Below, in pieces: positions 13,272 to 26,249 of a DNA stretch of 64,000 bases (position 1 is the first letter of the stretch; every line of letters begins with the position of its first letter). The stretch comes from Stegostoma tigrinum (Eukaryota): positions 101,875,558-101,939,557 of the forward strand of contig NC_081357.1 in NCBI RefSeq assembly GCF_030684315.1, in the 5' to 3' direction. The notes under the pieces were generated by a model. That model ran no database searches and was not told the DNA's origin. It saw only the letters and a program-made list of their open reading frames with translations. Position numbers and translations under genes: made by a program.

Positions 13272-13987
13272 GATGTGGAAGCTGAAGATCTGAAACAAAA
13301 ACAAAAGTTGCTGGAGAAACTCAGCACGTCTGACAGCATTTGTGGAGGGAAAGCAGCTTTAACAAGTCCAGTGACTATTCTTCAGAATTTATCCAATCTA
13401 GGCAAAAAGCCATATTTATGCTGACGACAGGCCCTGTCATGACATCAGTGATAATGGGAACTGCAGATGCAGGAGAATCCAAGATAGTAAAATATGAGGC
13501 TGGATGAACACAGCAGGCCCAGCAGCATCTCAGGAGCACAAAAGCTGACATTCCGGGCCTAGACCCTTCATCAGAGAGGGGGATGGGGTGAGGGTTCTGG
13601 AATAAATAGGGAGAGAGGGGGAGGCGGACCGAAGATGGAGAGAAAAGAAGATAGGTGGAGAGGAGAGTATAGGTGGGGAGGTAGGGAGGGGATAGGTCAG
13701 GCATGGGCTGCTTTCAGCAGAGCCCACCCATTTTCATCAACTCATTAGCAGCTTTTCTCCTTCCCTGGGTCATTATTAACCATCCCTTTGTCTGCTGAAT
13801 TTTCTTTCTCTCTCTGAGCTCCATGTCCATCTATATGGTCATGCCTCCCCTGCCTCTCTCCCTCAATCCCGTCATCAGCAAAAATGTACTAACTATTGTC
13901 AGTTCGTAGGAAGGGTCACTAGACTTGAATTGTTAACTTTGTTTTCACTGCATAGACACTGACTTTCCCCAGCAATTCTGTTTTTGT
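13272..13987. mobile_element. Family B element with inverted ends and internal pyrimidine-rich segment, interrupted by a younger PLE end
   Basis: Left end 13272-13390 (TTGCTGGAGAAACTCAGCACGTCTG) is inverted at 13900-13987 (GGAAGGGTCACTAGACTTGAATTGTTAAC...CCAGCAATTCTGTTTTTG). AAAATGACAAAGCT occurs at both flanks (~13242 and ~13990). Confidence 0.6.
13447..13699 (-). mobile_element. Young 5'-truncated Neptune-like PLE 3' end with hammerhead motif (family A)
   Basis: Near-identical to the reverse complement of 20903-21155. Confidence 0.9.
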
Positions 13988-14169
13988 TTAAAATGACAAA
14001 GCTCCTTACATAGCCCCAGGTATGATTTAACCACATTTGTACGTCAATCTGTGGGGAAGGAGAAAGGTGGGGGAGCTGATACTTTGCAGTCTTTTTTTTA
14101 ATGCAACCTGTTGTCCTTCTGCAATCGGATGCTGCAAGGAGGGGCATCTGGTTCTCGGGGGGCGGAAGA

Positions 14170-14345
14170 GCTGACAACCCATCTGACTGGCTGGAAAGAA
14201 TGATGATATTATTCCAACTCTGGATGGCATGTGTCTTGGAGGGGAAAATGCAGCTGGTGTTGCCATGCATCTTGCTATTTTTGTCCTTCAAATTGGTGGA
14301 AGTCCTGGGTTTGGATGGTATTGATGAGTTTCTAATGGTGGGTGG
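14170..14345 (-). mobile_element. CR1/L2-group LINE 3' fragment
   Basis: GGAAAGAATGATGATATTATTCCAACTCTGGATGG...TTGGAGGGGAAA matches 7545-7700. Confidence 0.6.
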
Positions 14346-16029
14346 CATTCCCAGCCTTTACCCTCTGTCTTCAACTGCACCATCGGGGGGAAATAGGGAA
14401 GCATAAACTACACTCCTTAGTTGGTGGTAATGACAACACAAGTAATGCTACCTCCTTACCAGAGGTGAAATGGCCATTCCCTGCTGTAGAGCTGTTCAAT
14501 TTGCATCAAACCAAGTAATCAAAGTGGTGACCTAATTGGACAATGGTGATAAATTATGAGGCAAAGTGCAGGACATTGCATGACTTTGCACAACAATGTA
14601 TGAGAAACTTGTATCTGCCAGACAGTAGCAATGTAATTCTACCCCTCATTTCATTAAGAGTTGATTAACTCACAGGTACTGTGAGCTGTTTGGCTAATAG
14701 AGACAAATTTTTCAATAGACCTTTAACATTTTCATTAATGTACCTCAATGAATAGATTTCAATTGTATTCCACTAATTTTTGTATATGATCATTACTGTT
14801 TTTGTCCTTTGCTAAGATTGAATGCCTCTCACTATGTCAACACTCTCATATCTCTTTGTAACAATCCTACAGAGTTACCATCTACATTACTTGTTCACAT
14901 CATCTCTGTAGATTTCAACAGATACTTACAAGTACCTGACGACCTAAAAACCTCAAAGCTCTATCAACTGGGAATTCAGCTTCTTCTGAAAGTACTGATT
15001 AGGCAATCCTTACTGATGCCCGCTTTTTTATTTAAATCTCCCAAAGCACAGAGATTTTACGTAAGATCAATGCACTAGCTCTTCCTACACACACAGTACG
15101 AGATCTTGCAAGCACAGTGTCATCAAAGTTAAGATTTTCTGCCTGGAGATTAATTGGAAAATGTATTTGGAGAGGTAAGTTGCAATTTTCATTTTGGGAG
15201 GTCCCATCTGTTGCAATTGAAATATTCAGTAGGCATCGAAAATTGATATTCTGATCATTTTTTGTAATGCTTGAAATTTAAATTAGATATCTTCTGGTTG
15301 AATGACAGTAACCAGACTTGAAGCATTTCCCTCCTTCCTTTAAAACTTTGAAACATTAATTCTTTCTTAGGTTTTCTTTTAAGAAGTGGAGATTGGTTAA
15401 ACTAATTCATATTTATATTATTTTCTTTACGAAATACAACATTCCATAATCTTCAAACATAGAAGTCCAGAGAACAGCTTGAAATTTTGAATGCCATATG
15501 TTTGAACAGATTTTTGCTCAAGAGGGTATGGTTTTCATACCTTTAAATTAGTGAATGCTAAAACAAAACCTGATTAAGACCATTCCCTTCATATTAAGTT
15601 TAAGCTTGAGCTTCATCAATGAAAGAATGCTGACAGTATTTTAAGTTATAATAAATGAGTGCAGGAAGTTTTACCACATACAAATATTTAAATATAACAC
15701 TATTGTTAGATTCAATCTGAACATTAATACAAATATAAGTAGTTGCTTTGAAATGGAATAGGATTAACCTTTGATAACAGCTTGAAATAAGAATTGATCT
15801 GAATTTAACTTATTTGAACGTGCTCCTAGAGGTTGTCAGGGTCTGAGATTTATCCTGTTTTGAAGTGTTTCGAATATTGGTAGATATGGCCCCCTTAACT
15901 GAATGATTGTTATGCACTCTTCTGATTTTAAAGAGGTTTGTAAGATCAAATCGTCACATTAACAGTCTTCTTCGACACCGCCTTCCAAACCCACAATCTC
16001 TCACACCCAGAATGAAAACAAGGACACCT

Positions 16030-16385
16030 CCTCAGGTGGAGGTGATGGTTGCACTGTTAATCCAGAGAACAGACAACATTCTGGGGACCCAGGTTCGAAC
16101 CCCACCACTGTAGATGGTGGAATTTGAGTTCAATAAATGTCTGGAATCAAGGGTCTAACAATGATTGTGAATCTATTGCCGATTGTTGGGGGAAAAGCTC
16201 ATCTGGTACACTAATGTCCTTTAGGGAAGGAAACTGTCATCCTTGTCTGTTCTGGCCTGCATGTCACTTCAGAGCCACAGCAATGAGGTTGACTCTTAAC
16301 TGCCCTCTGGGCAATTAGGAATGGGCAATAAATGCTGCTTTGCTAGCAACACCCTTGTCCTGTGAATAAATAAAAGGAAAAAAAA
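16030..16385 (+). mobile_element. tRNA-headed SINE (same family as 6050)
   Basis: B-box GGTTCGAACCC, core CTAATGTCCTTTAGGGAAGGAAA, tail GGGCAATTAGGAATGGGCAATAAATGCT plus poly-A. Confidence 0.8.
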
Positions 16386-16689
16386 TACAGTGATACATCA
16401 CGGCATGAACATTTCTCTCCAAATTAGATATTGGCCTGAGTTAGAAGCACCATGGATCATGGCATTCAAGTCCACTTGGCACACAATTCTATCCTGTTTT
16501 TGGCACCAAAATGCATGTATAGGCCTTTCCTTGGCAGATGAACTGACTCCTCATTTTTCAGCAATTAAATGCATACCATGGGCTTTACTCAACTTGGCAG
16601 TCAGCCTCATTTTTCAGCTCAGTCATAAATGTTTCGGGTCATACTTGCCTTAGACTCAGTCCATGGGTTCAAGCAGGTTGTATTGCCAA

Positions 16690-17545
16690 GAATTTATAAG
16701 AGTATAAGATAAGCCCACAAAGGGCAGATCACCATGGCTGAACAGATATGATTCCTGCATTTGTGACATTTGCCCACTTGTCGTACAATAGTGTTGTAAT
16801 GAGGGAATTGGCTATTAGTGAATACCTAGTTTAAGAATCGGGGGAAAGATAGCCGTGGGAACCATGACATCAGGCCGCAGCCTCTGGCCCAAAATTGAAT
16901 AGCGCATATTGGTATGGGTCCTTGAAACTTTGCCAGAATGATTACATTGTCATCAGAAATGCAGTGTGTTAAGTCAACCATATAAATTCTCGAGTGAGCC
17001 AAACATTTCAGTGCAATAGCTGTGTAGTTGCTGCATGTGACAGAAATATCTCGTGTTAAGTCAGAGGATGAAGATTGCTTGGAGACTACAGGAGACCTCA
17101 ATGGCAAAATGATTAGTTTTCAGCACTTCATCGTTAGATAGCAGCAAAAACTCAAGTGCCCATATAATCCCATCATGAGGCTAAGTGAAACCTTTGGCCT
17201 AATCTTGAACAGCACATATTGGAATGCGCCCTTGAAGATTTACCAGAATAGTTACATGAAAGGCCCAGAGTGAGATCTTTAATACGATCATGTAGCCGAA
17301 GTAATTTAGGTTAATTTTGACAAACTCAATAGTTCAGATGCTGATGACAATGAATTTGATGCTTTTTAAACTGTACGATTGTAGTTGAAGCTAACCTGGT
17401 AGAATTAGTACATTCAATATAACGTGGCATGCTAATTTAATTTGAAACGCAGGCTTCATTTTCACTTTTCAAAATGGCGAAAATCTTCACCAGTGGTATA
17501 TGCTTTATGCATGGCGTATAAGTTGACACTAATTCCGGGAAGGAT
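16690..17545 (+). mobile_element. Probable pogo/Tigger-type DNA transposon relic, internally deleted
   Basis: Peptide remnants WPNLEQHILE (~17196; CENP-B HTH-like) and acidic end FDKLNSSDADDNEFDAF* (~17316-17369). GGCGTATAAGTTGAC resembles pogo subterminal motifs. Boundaries approximate. Confidence 0.4.
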
Positions 17546-17552
17546 TTTATGA

Positions 17553-17731
17553 GCAAAAATAAAGCTGCTGGAAAAGCTCAGCAGGTCTGGCAGCATCTGT
17601 GAAGGTAAAAAACAGAGTTAAAATTTCAGGTCTGTTGATGCTTCTGAGGAAGGGTCAACAGACCTGAAACATTAACTCGGTTTTCTGTTTTTGTTCCTGA
17701 TTTACAGCATCCACAGTTCTTTTGTTTTTTT
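17553..17731. mobile_element. Family B fold-back element with hammerhead core
   Basis: Inverted arms. Plus-strand core CTGAGGAAGGGTCAACAGACCTGAAACATTAAC at 17644. Confidence 0.8.
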
Positions 17732-17849
17732 ACTTACGATGTTATGAAGCTCCTCATGTTGTCTTACATGTCTTCTCAATAATTAATTGAAAGAAATTGC
17801 TGCACATTCACTTTTGCTGTTGATTTGCACATAATCTATGAACTGAACT

Positions 17850-17965
17850 ATTTCCTACATTAGAATGGTGACTACATGTTTAAAAAGTACCTATTTAGCT
17901 CTAAAGCACTTTCAGGCTTCCTAAGGTCATGAAAGGCACTATCTAAACTGCAAGCATTTCTTTCT
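17850..17965 (+). repeat. Deu-type SINE 3' tail fragment
   Basis: TTTCCTACATTAGAATGGTGACTAC...GTCATGAAAGGCACTATCTAAACTGCAAGCATTTCTTTCT. Confidence 0.5.
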
Positions 17966-19284
17966 AATGTCTGACAGGAAGTTTATTCTTACTATTTTTA
18001 AATAGTAAGACTGAAATAGTTTTCGCATTCTTCACCAGGCTGTGAAACTGAGTTCCATTCAATGATAGGAATCAAATTCTTTCAGAGAAACTTTATCCAA
18101 CCATCTCATTATAACTGTGTCTTTTGTCAATGTATTAGGAGAGATTTTGACAGCAGCTTTGAATAAAGTCCAACTTTGCATGCTTCACATTCTTAATTAA
18201 AGCAAGCATGCCCACAAGCAGAAAATAATATTGAATACCAGTTAATGTTTAATTAATGTGTTGTAAGCTAAGAAAGACAAAGCAGTGTTGCTTTTACACC
18301 AGGGTTAAGGAAATGGATGCAAAGTACACCTGTATAACACTTTTTTGCAGTCCTTTTATTGAAGTGATGTCACTGTTGTACGATACAGAAATCATAGAAT
18401 AGGTATAACACAGAAAAAGGCTATTCTGTCCATCATGTTTGTTCTAACTCTATATAAGGACAACATGGTTTATTCCACTTGCTCAGTTTGGCAGAATACC
18501 GTCCAGCAAACAGCATTGTGATATTGACCTGTATTTTCCAATAATGGTACTGGTGAATGACTTGACTTAAGCCGCTGATGTAACTTGGGACTGTGAAGAA
18601 AGCTTGGTGGATGCACAAACTTATACAGGAAGTTTAAACTTATGATTGTTCGCTGTATGCTTCCCAAATTACTGCACGATTCCCTACGGCAATGGGGCGA
18701 GGTGTTCATATCCACAGACTTGAGCTTGGCCATATACGTATCTTGATTTTTGTAGCAATGTGCTTGAAGAGTTTCCCAATCCAAGATAAATCAGTTGAAA
18801 TGTTGGAGAATTTGAGCATCCTCAGAAAACCTGCTGTACTTCGGCACCACCCCCCATCCCGTCGATACAGCTCACTATCCCTGCCCTGAAGTTAATCAAT
18901 CCACACCAATAATATCACGACTTTCTGAGAATGATTGCCTCCTTCCTGACAGTGCCAACTCCTCTCCACACGCTCACCCCCATCCCCTCAACATTGCTTG
19001 CTACCCACTCAACCGTGCTTACTCCCTGTCCTTCAACCCCCACTGATAATCCTCACCCCCACCCCAAGGTAATGGTCATCTATTCCTCAGGACAATGATT
19101 ATCCCCATGTCTGAATAAGACACACACCACATCTGCATCCCCTCTTCCAGCTTTTCTTTTGTTCTACCTGTCTCTTGCCTGGCAGATGGTGGGAGGGTCA
19201 GCAATGTTGGGGAGTTGTGAATACGGTGACGAGAATTGCTCAGGATGAGAGGGGGTACTGTCAGCAGGGACGTTGGTGAGCATT

Positions 19285-21400
19285 TGAGAGGATCGTGATG
19301 AGTTTGCCTTCTTGAATTTTTCCAGTCTGGATGAGGCAGGTGCACCCACAGGACTGTTTTAAAGAAAGTTCCAGGATTTTGACGTCGTGATGGTGGAGGA
19401 ATAACTACATACTTCCAAGCCAGGATGGCGTGTGGCTTGGAGGGGAGCTTGTCGTGAGAGTGTGCTAATTCATCCCACTTCCTACAGACAAAGGGGGTGG
19501 CCATGGGCACCCGCATGGGCCCCAGCTATGCCTGCCTCTTTGTAGGTTATGTGGAACAGTGCCTCTTCCGCACCTACACAGGCCCCAAACCCCACCTCTT
19601 CCTCCATTACATTGTTGACTGTATCGGCGCTGCCTCTTGCTCCCCAGAGGAGCTTGAACAGTTCATCCACTTCACCAACACCTTCCACCCCAACCTTCAG
19701 TTCACCTGGGCCACCTCCAGCACATCCCTCACCTTCCTCGATCTCTCAGTCTCCATCTCAGGCAACCAGCTTGTAACTGATGTCCATTTCAAGCCCACGA
19801 ACTCCCACAGCTATCTCGAATACACCTCCTCCCACCCACCCTCCTGCAAAAATTCCATCCCCATTCCCAAAAACTCCGCCTCCGTCGCATCTGCTCCCAC
19901 AATGAGGCATTCCACTCTCGCACATCCGAGATGTCCAAGTTCTTCAAGGACTGCAATTTTCCCCCCACAGTGGTCGAGAACGCCCTTGACCACGTCTCCC
20001 ACATTTCCCGCAACACATCCCTCACACCCCGCCCCCGCCACAACCGCCCAAAGAGGATCCCCCTTGTTCTCACACACCACCCCACCAACCTCCCGATACA
20101 ACGCATCATCCTCCGACACTTCCGCCATCTACAATCCGACCCCACCACCCAAGACATTTTTCCATCCCCACCCCTGTCTGCTTTCCGGAGAGACCACTCT
20201 CTCCGCGACTCCCTTGTTCGCTCCACACTGCCCTCCAACCCCACCACACCCAGCACCTTCCCCTGCAACCGCAGGAAATGCTACACTTGCCCCCACACCT
20301 CCTCCCTCACCCCTATCCCAGGCCCCAAGATGACATTCCACATTAAGCAGAGGTTCACCTGCACATCTGCCAATGTGGTATACTGCATCGACTGTACCCG
20401 GTGTGGCTTCCTCTACATTGGGGAAACCAAGCGGAGGCTTGGGGACCACTTTGCAGAACACCTCCGCTCGGTTCGCAATAAACAACTGCACCTCCCAGTG
20501 GCAAACCATTTCCACTCCCCCTCCCATTCTTTAGATGACATGTCCATCATGGGCCTCCTGCAGTGCCACAATGATGCCACCTGAAGGTTGCAGGAACAGC
20601 AACTCATATTCCGTTGGGAACCCTGCAGCTCAATGGTATCAATGTGGACTTCACCAGCTTCAAAATCTCCCTTTCCCCCATCGCATCCCAAAACCAGCCC
20701 AGTTCGTCCCCTCCCCCACTGCACCACACAACCAGCCCAGCTCTTCCCCTCCACCCACTGCATCCCAAAACCAGTCCAACCTGTCTCTGCCTCCCTAACC
20801 TGTTCTTCCTCTCACCCATCCCTTCCTCCCACCCCAAGCTGCACCTCCATCTCCTACCTACTAACTTCATCCCACCTCCTTGACCTGTCCACCTTCCCTG
20901 GACTGACCTATCCCCTCCCTACCTCCCTACCTATACTCTCCTCTCCACCTATCTTCTTTTCTCTCCATCTTCGGTCTGCCTCCCCCTCTCTCCCTATTTA
21001 TTCCAGAACCATCTCCCCATCCCCCTCTCTGATGAAGGGTCTAGGCCCGAAACATCAGCTTTTGTGCTCCTGAGATGCTGCTGGGCCTGCTGTGTTCATC
21101 CAGCCTCACATTTTATTATCTTGGATTCTCCAGCATCTGCAGTTCCCATTATCACTGCTAATTCATCTGCTGCATTTCCAGGTGGCAGAGACAGCAGGTT
21201 TAGAAAATACTATTGCCGAAGCTTTGTGAATTGCTACAGTACATTTTGCAGATGATGTGTACTATTGCCATTGTGCTTTGGTAGGGAAGGTATGAATATG
21301 TAAGGTGGTGTTGATCAACAGGCTGCTTTCTCCTAGATGATGTCAAGCTGCTTAAATGTTGCTGGAGCTACAGACATCAAGGCATTGACATTCCCACCTG
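19285..21400 (-). mobile_element. CR1/L2-group LINE 3' fragment split by the PLE insertion (19285-19462 and 21168-21400)
   Basis: Both flanks align consecutively with 7440-7870. Confidence 0.7.
19475..21155 (+). mobile_element. Young 5'-truncated Neptune-like Penelope element: RT C-terminus, GIY-YIG endonuclease, 3' UTR with hammerhead
   Basis: RT motifs VAMGTRMGPSYACLFVG, YIVD (degenerate YIDD), TFLDLSV, YLEYTSSHP. Zn-linker CNRRKCYTC. EN NVVYCIDCTRCGFLYIGETKRRLGDHFAEH. Frameshift near 19860, stop at 20582. TSD TGCTAATTCATC at 19463-19474 / 21156-21167. Confidence 0.95.
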
Positions 21401-24400
21401 GAGTTTATTCTGTGTCCTTGACACCCTCAGTCCTTCTTCCAGTATGTGTGAAACCTATAAAGTTGCAAATTTGTACAACATATGCCTGAATTCATTCTTT
21501 TGAAATGGTTAAATTAGATGATTGAATAAAATTGTGCATTTCGAAAAACACAAAATTGCATATCAGTGACTGGAAAACCACTGTTGAAATTGGCAGTTTT
21601 CTTAAATGGTAACAATGTTACTATCATTGTCTATTGATTTGCACACATTCTTGATATTATTAGAATCGACCTTTTCAGCAAAGACGATATTGGATTCTCA
21701 AGCACTACAAATCTATTAAAAACAAGGGGAGCAAGCTTAAAACTAGCTAACTAAAAGAAATCATCATACATTTTTTAAATTTTGACTTTCAAATGGAAGA
21801 ATTTGAACTGAACAGTAACGATGAAAATACCTTATATTGGCACCATGGTATATGCTGGGTGCAGAACTAAATTATTCACAATCTCAGGATCAGCCCTAGC
21901 AGATAGTAATCTGCATATTCCACTCTAGTCAGGCTGATATGGGATTGAACCTTATCCATGTTGTCAGTGTAGCTGCTAGAGAAACCTTCTCCTAATTAGA
22001 CACCTCTGCACTCAACATCCTCATTAGGAGAACACACGTGATCTTCACATTGCTTGCCCCTTGGATCCACAGCATTACCACACTAACAGACCCACTGGTA
22101 AATATGGGCACTGCTGGGGTCTTATGGTCTTATGGCAGATAGATGCCCACAGGGACTCCCGAACATAGAGGCACCCTTAGCTGCTTACTTGAATTAATGA
22201 TTTAAGGACTCCTACAACTGGGAGGATCAGCGGCCATAGGGAAAATCCTCTGTAAGCTTATGCAGAGGATATGCTTTGATCCTCTCGGTACCTACATGAT
22301 TGAGGCATGAAAATTCTAGATCTGTCATCTCCCCAGTCTGCTAATGTCAAGCCATCTTAATTGAGTTGTCTCATCTGGTGTTGGCGGGGGTGGGGATCAG
22401 TGGGGGAGTGAATATGGGAGGCACTCTGTGTAGGAAAAACACTGGGAACAGCACCAAATGACCCCTATTTAGGACCAGCATTGCCTTAAATGGTCCCTGC
22501 CTTATTGGAGTGAGCAGCTGGAATGGTTACCAGCCCGCCTGGTGTGGGGGATGGGGGGGTGCATGTGGAAATTTCATCAGAGAGTCATCCTGACGTGACT
22601 TGCTTCAATTTCTTGTTCACCTTGCCCTCAATACTAGGCTGTAGAGGGGATTAGAAAGCTTTATTGGACATCTGAATCGTTTGAAAAAAGCTTTAATTGG
22701 AGGTTCCATTACTGAGGCTGAAAGTTTTTGCAACGATTGTAACTATGTGTTGTCTGTCAATAAACTGCAGTTTCAAAAATATTTCTTACATTGAGCTTCA
22801 CATGGTTGTTAGTGGCTCTTGTATGTTTAGTTTATCCCTGGTTACTCAGATGGTACAATTGTTTCTTCTATTTTAACCATTCTAATCAAAAGCAGAAGAT
22901 GTACTACATCAGCAATAACTTGGTGTAGAAGTTGGCTCACATGAAAGAGCGAATGCTGTCTGCAATGGGTAGGTTCAAGGCACTTGATATTAGGACCTCA
23001 TTTACATAAGGCCAGTGAACTTCTGATAGCTCTTTTATATCCGTCGACAGGTTGTCAGTGCATCAGATTTTAATTTTAGGTGAATACATTGTTTGCAGAA
23101 GACTTTGAGAAAGTGCCAAGGGTTGGTATGGGATGTCAGTTTGATGGAGAGGTGGTTTCAGAGCGTGAAACCAGGAGATCAGGAGGCATTAAATCTCCAC
23201 TCCCTTTCCAAGGAAAACATTTAACTTTCTTTGTGGTCACAAGTGGCCCAATTAGAACTTGCTAGTCTGCCTGCGCATGGACCTGATTTCCCCTGAACAC
23301 ATCAACTGAGCAGAGATGGCTGGCAGGACTGACCACTTTCAGGAAAGAGACCAGGCTCTTTGCGTTTGCAAAAAAGGGCTTAACTTGGCCATCAGTCACA
23401 GTTTTGAACATTTTTTTATCTGCATTTTGAAAATATATTGAGGGGCACACTTCCAGTGCAAAGTATGCTTGGTCAAACTGCACACCATATTGCGTGCTAA
23501 GATGCCCATTCCCTTCTGCAAATTGGACGTGGCATCAGCCAGTCTGTTGACACTTGAGTGTATACATGACATCTTTCATGCAGGCAAGAGTACCAATGCA
23601 TGTCACCAAGGCAATCATTCTGGAAACTACTGATGCCAAGACAAACAATTAAGATGAGTAATTAAAAGCTTGAGGAAAGGAACTGGTTTTAAGAATAGCT
23701 TTAAAGGACACTGGCAACCGGGAGAGCTAGAGGAATCTGATGAAGATACTTATTTGCTGACAAAGTGAAGGAGATGGAAAATGACATGTCTCTCCCTGAA
23801 GGGCAGGATTACAACATGTTTGAAATGATTATCAACAAAAGGCTTTCACCACATAATGGTCAATTACTGCCAAGGCTAGCCTGATACTAAATGATATCTT
23901 TCAGCAGCTGTCAGGTCATTTCAACAGATGAACTATGCAGAAAGCCACATACATATGTTAGATTCATTTGATTTTCTTTTCTGCACATTTAGGAATAGCA
24001 AATAGTGCTCAGAGAAAGGGATGAAAATCTACATTGATAATTGCAAACTTAATGATTTTCTTGTAATTGTTTCCTCATCACACATTTTACTTTTAGATCT
24101 AAATCATTGGCTAATGAGAAATGAAAATAATTTCAAAAATATACTTTGAGCGATTTGATTATTTTGCTTTCTTCTGCATGTCAAACGTTTAATGGTTGTT
24201 TGTCTGGTATTTGTTTATTCTGGAGACGTAGCTTCCCTAACTGTTCTATTCATTGTTACTTAAGATGATAACTCCCATCACAACATCATTAAAGTCTACA
24301 AAGTCAGCCCCCTTGGTCCTGGCTGAGATTGGGTATCTCAAAATAGTGCAGGATCATACATGTGCTCTAATATTCCATTGGTATATGAATAAAAAGGAAG

Positions 24401-24599
24401 GAGAAAGAAGAAAATCTCTTTCTGAACAATATGAGCAACCTTTGTGCATTTAAACTGAGGGCAGGTTAATTGAGTGGCAGTATCCAATTTGTAATTTTGG
24501 TCTTGTTCTCACATTAGCAAGATAGGCCATTCACTAATGTGCTATTTATTCATTTTTTAAAAATCACATCATTGGTTATTAGCTATGAGTATATATAAA

Positions 24600-25153
24600 T
24601 CAGGAGATTTGACATGTCCATTGGGACCCTCACCAATTTCTACAGATGCACCATTGAAATCATACTGCCCGGGTGCATGTTGGCCTGGTATGGCAACTGC
24701 TCTGCACAGGACCGTAAGAAGCTACAGAATGTTGGGTGCACAGCCCAGACCAACATGGATGCCAACCTTTCACCCATTTGCACAGCTTGTTGCCATGGAA
24801 AGGCTGCCAACATCATCAAAGACCCATCGCACGCAGGTAATGATCTCTGACAGCCTGTTTTGTCAGGCAGAAGACATGGAAGCCTGAACACAAGCAACAA
24901 CAGGTTCAGGAACAGCTTGTTCCTGCCTGTTATTAGAATGCTGAATGTTCTCTTCAGCCTCAAATAATGCTGATCTTGCTAATGTCGATCTCATCTAGCA
25001 CATGCTCTGTGCAATGTAACCTGTATGCCTCCATCTAGGGTTTTTTTACACCTTTGATCGGTACACTCTTGCTTACTACGATCTGCCTCTCCTGCTGGTA
25101 AACAAAGCTTTTCACTGTACTTCAGTACACGTGACAATAAATCAATCAATCAA
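24600..25153 (+). mobile_element. Rex1/Babar LINE 3' end
   Basis: TLTNFYRCTIEIILPGCMLAWYGNCSAQDRKKLQ is typical of the Rex1/Babar ORF C-terminus. Tail TTTTCACTGTACTTCAGTACACGTGACAATAA(ATCA)n. Confidence 0.85.
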
Positions 25154-25414
25154 ACACAATACTTTGATTTTTCTCAAATTCAGCAGCCTCTAGAGTACTG
25201 TACATATAAGTAATTATGAAAAGGGACCTGGTGCTAGCCATTGACGGTAGTTTTCATGTATTTATCAAGGTGAAATATCACAGTGTGATGAAATGAAACA
25301 TACTCCTTCCCTACGCCATGTCTACTAAACAGCAGCAGAAACTTCTTCATCAAGCATAGACTGCTTAGTCAGATCACTTGAGAACTTGACCAGTTTCCAG
25401 TGAGAAATATAATG

Positions 25415-25615
25415 AGATTAGGTGGGTTGGCCATGCTTAATTTCCTGCAATGTCCAAGGGATATGCAGGCAAAGTGGATTAACCATAGGAAATTTAGGAT
25501 TACGGGGATAGAGTAGTTGGGTCTGGGTGGGATTTTCATCGGAGAGTCGGTGTGGACTAGACGAGTCAAATAGCCTGCTTTCACAAAATAGGGATTCCAT
25601 GCTTTTATGATTTTA
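25415..25615 (+). mobile_element. HE1-type SINE 3' half
   Basis: TTAGGTGGGTTGGCCATGCT...GGAGAGTCGGTGTGGACT...GGGATTCCATG, with an internal duplication of the GATTGGCCATG-like segment. Confidence 0.7.
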
Positions 25616-25804
25616 TGAGGTCAGGGAAAATAAGATGGTCCCTGTGTGATGATTTGCCTTTAAAGTATCAATACCTTCTACTACACCACTGCATAAGTGC
25701 TGTTGAACCCTAAGTTGTCTTTTTCCGTGAGCCTCTGAATTGAACGCAATTAAACATGAATTTCAGGAAAATACCATTTTGTAGCATTGCAAACATTGGA
25801 AAGT

Positions 25805-25808
<4 letters not shown>

Positions 25809-25868
<60 letters not shown>

Positions 25869-26218
25869 AAAGTGTATGTGTGGGTGCGTGTAAGTGTGTG
25901 AGAGGATGTGTGTGTGTGTGTGTGTGTGTGTGAGAAAGTGTATGTGTGGGTGCGTGTAAGTGTGTGAGAGAATGTGTGTGTATGTGGGAGAGAGTGTGTA
26001 TGTGNNNNNNNNNNNNNNNNNNNNNNNNNNNNNNNNNNNNNNNNNNNNNNNNNNNNNNNNNNNNNNNNNNNNNNNNNNNNNNNNNNNNNNNNNNNNNNNN
26101 NNNNNNNNNNNNNNNNNNNNNNNNNNNNNNNNNNNNNNNNNNNNNNNNNNTGTGGGTACGTGTGTGATAGAATGTGTGTGTATGTGTGAGAGTGTATGTG
26201 TGTAAATGTTTGAGAGAA

Positions 26219-26247
<29 letters not shown>
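25809..26247. repeat. (TG)n microsatellite/minisatellite containing an assembly gap (N 26005-26150)
   Basis: Directly visible. The His/Thr and Cys/Val ORFs here are artefacts. Confidence 0.98.

Positions 26248-26249
<2 letters not shown>

Noticed and set aside
19789-20870. Multiple long antisense and alternative-frame ORFs over the PLE
   Set aside because: Consequence of the C-rich/G-rich strand bias (few stop codons); no independent homology.
22890-22975. Exon-like stretch bounded by ag/gt
   Set aside because: Stops in all three frames.
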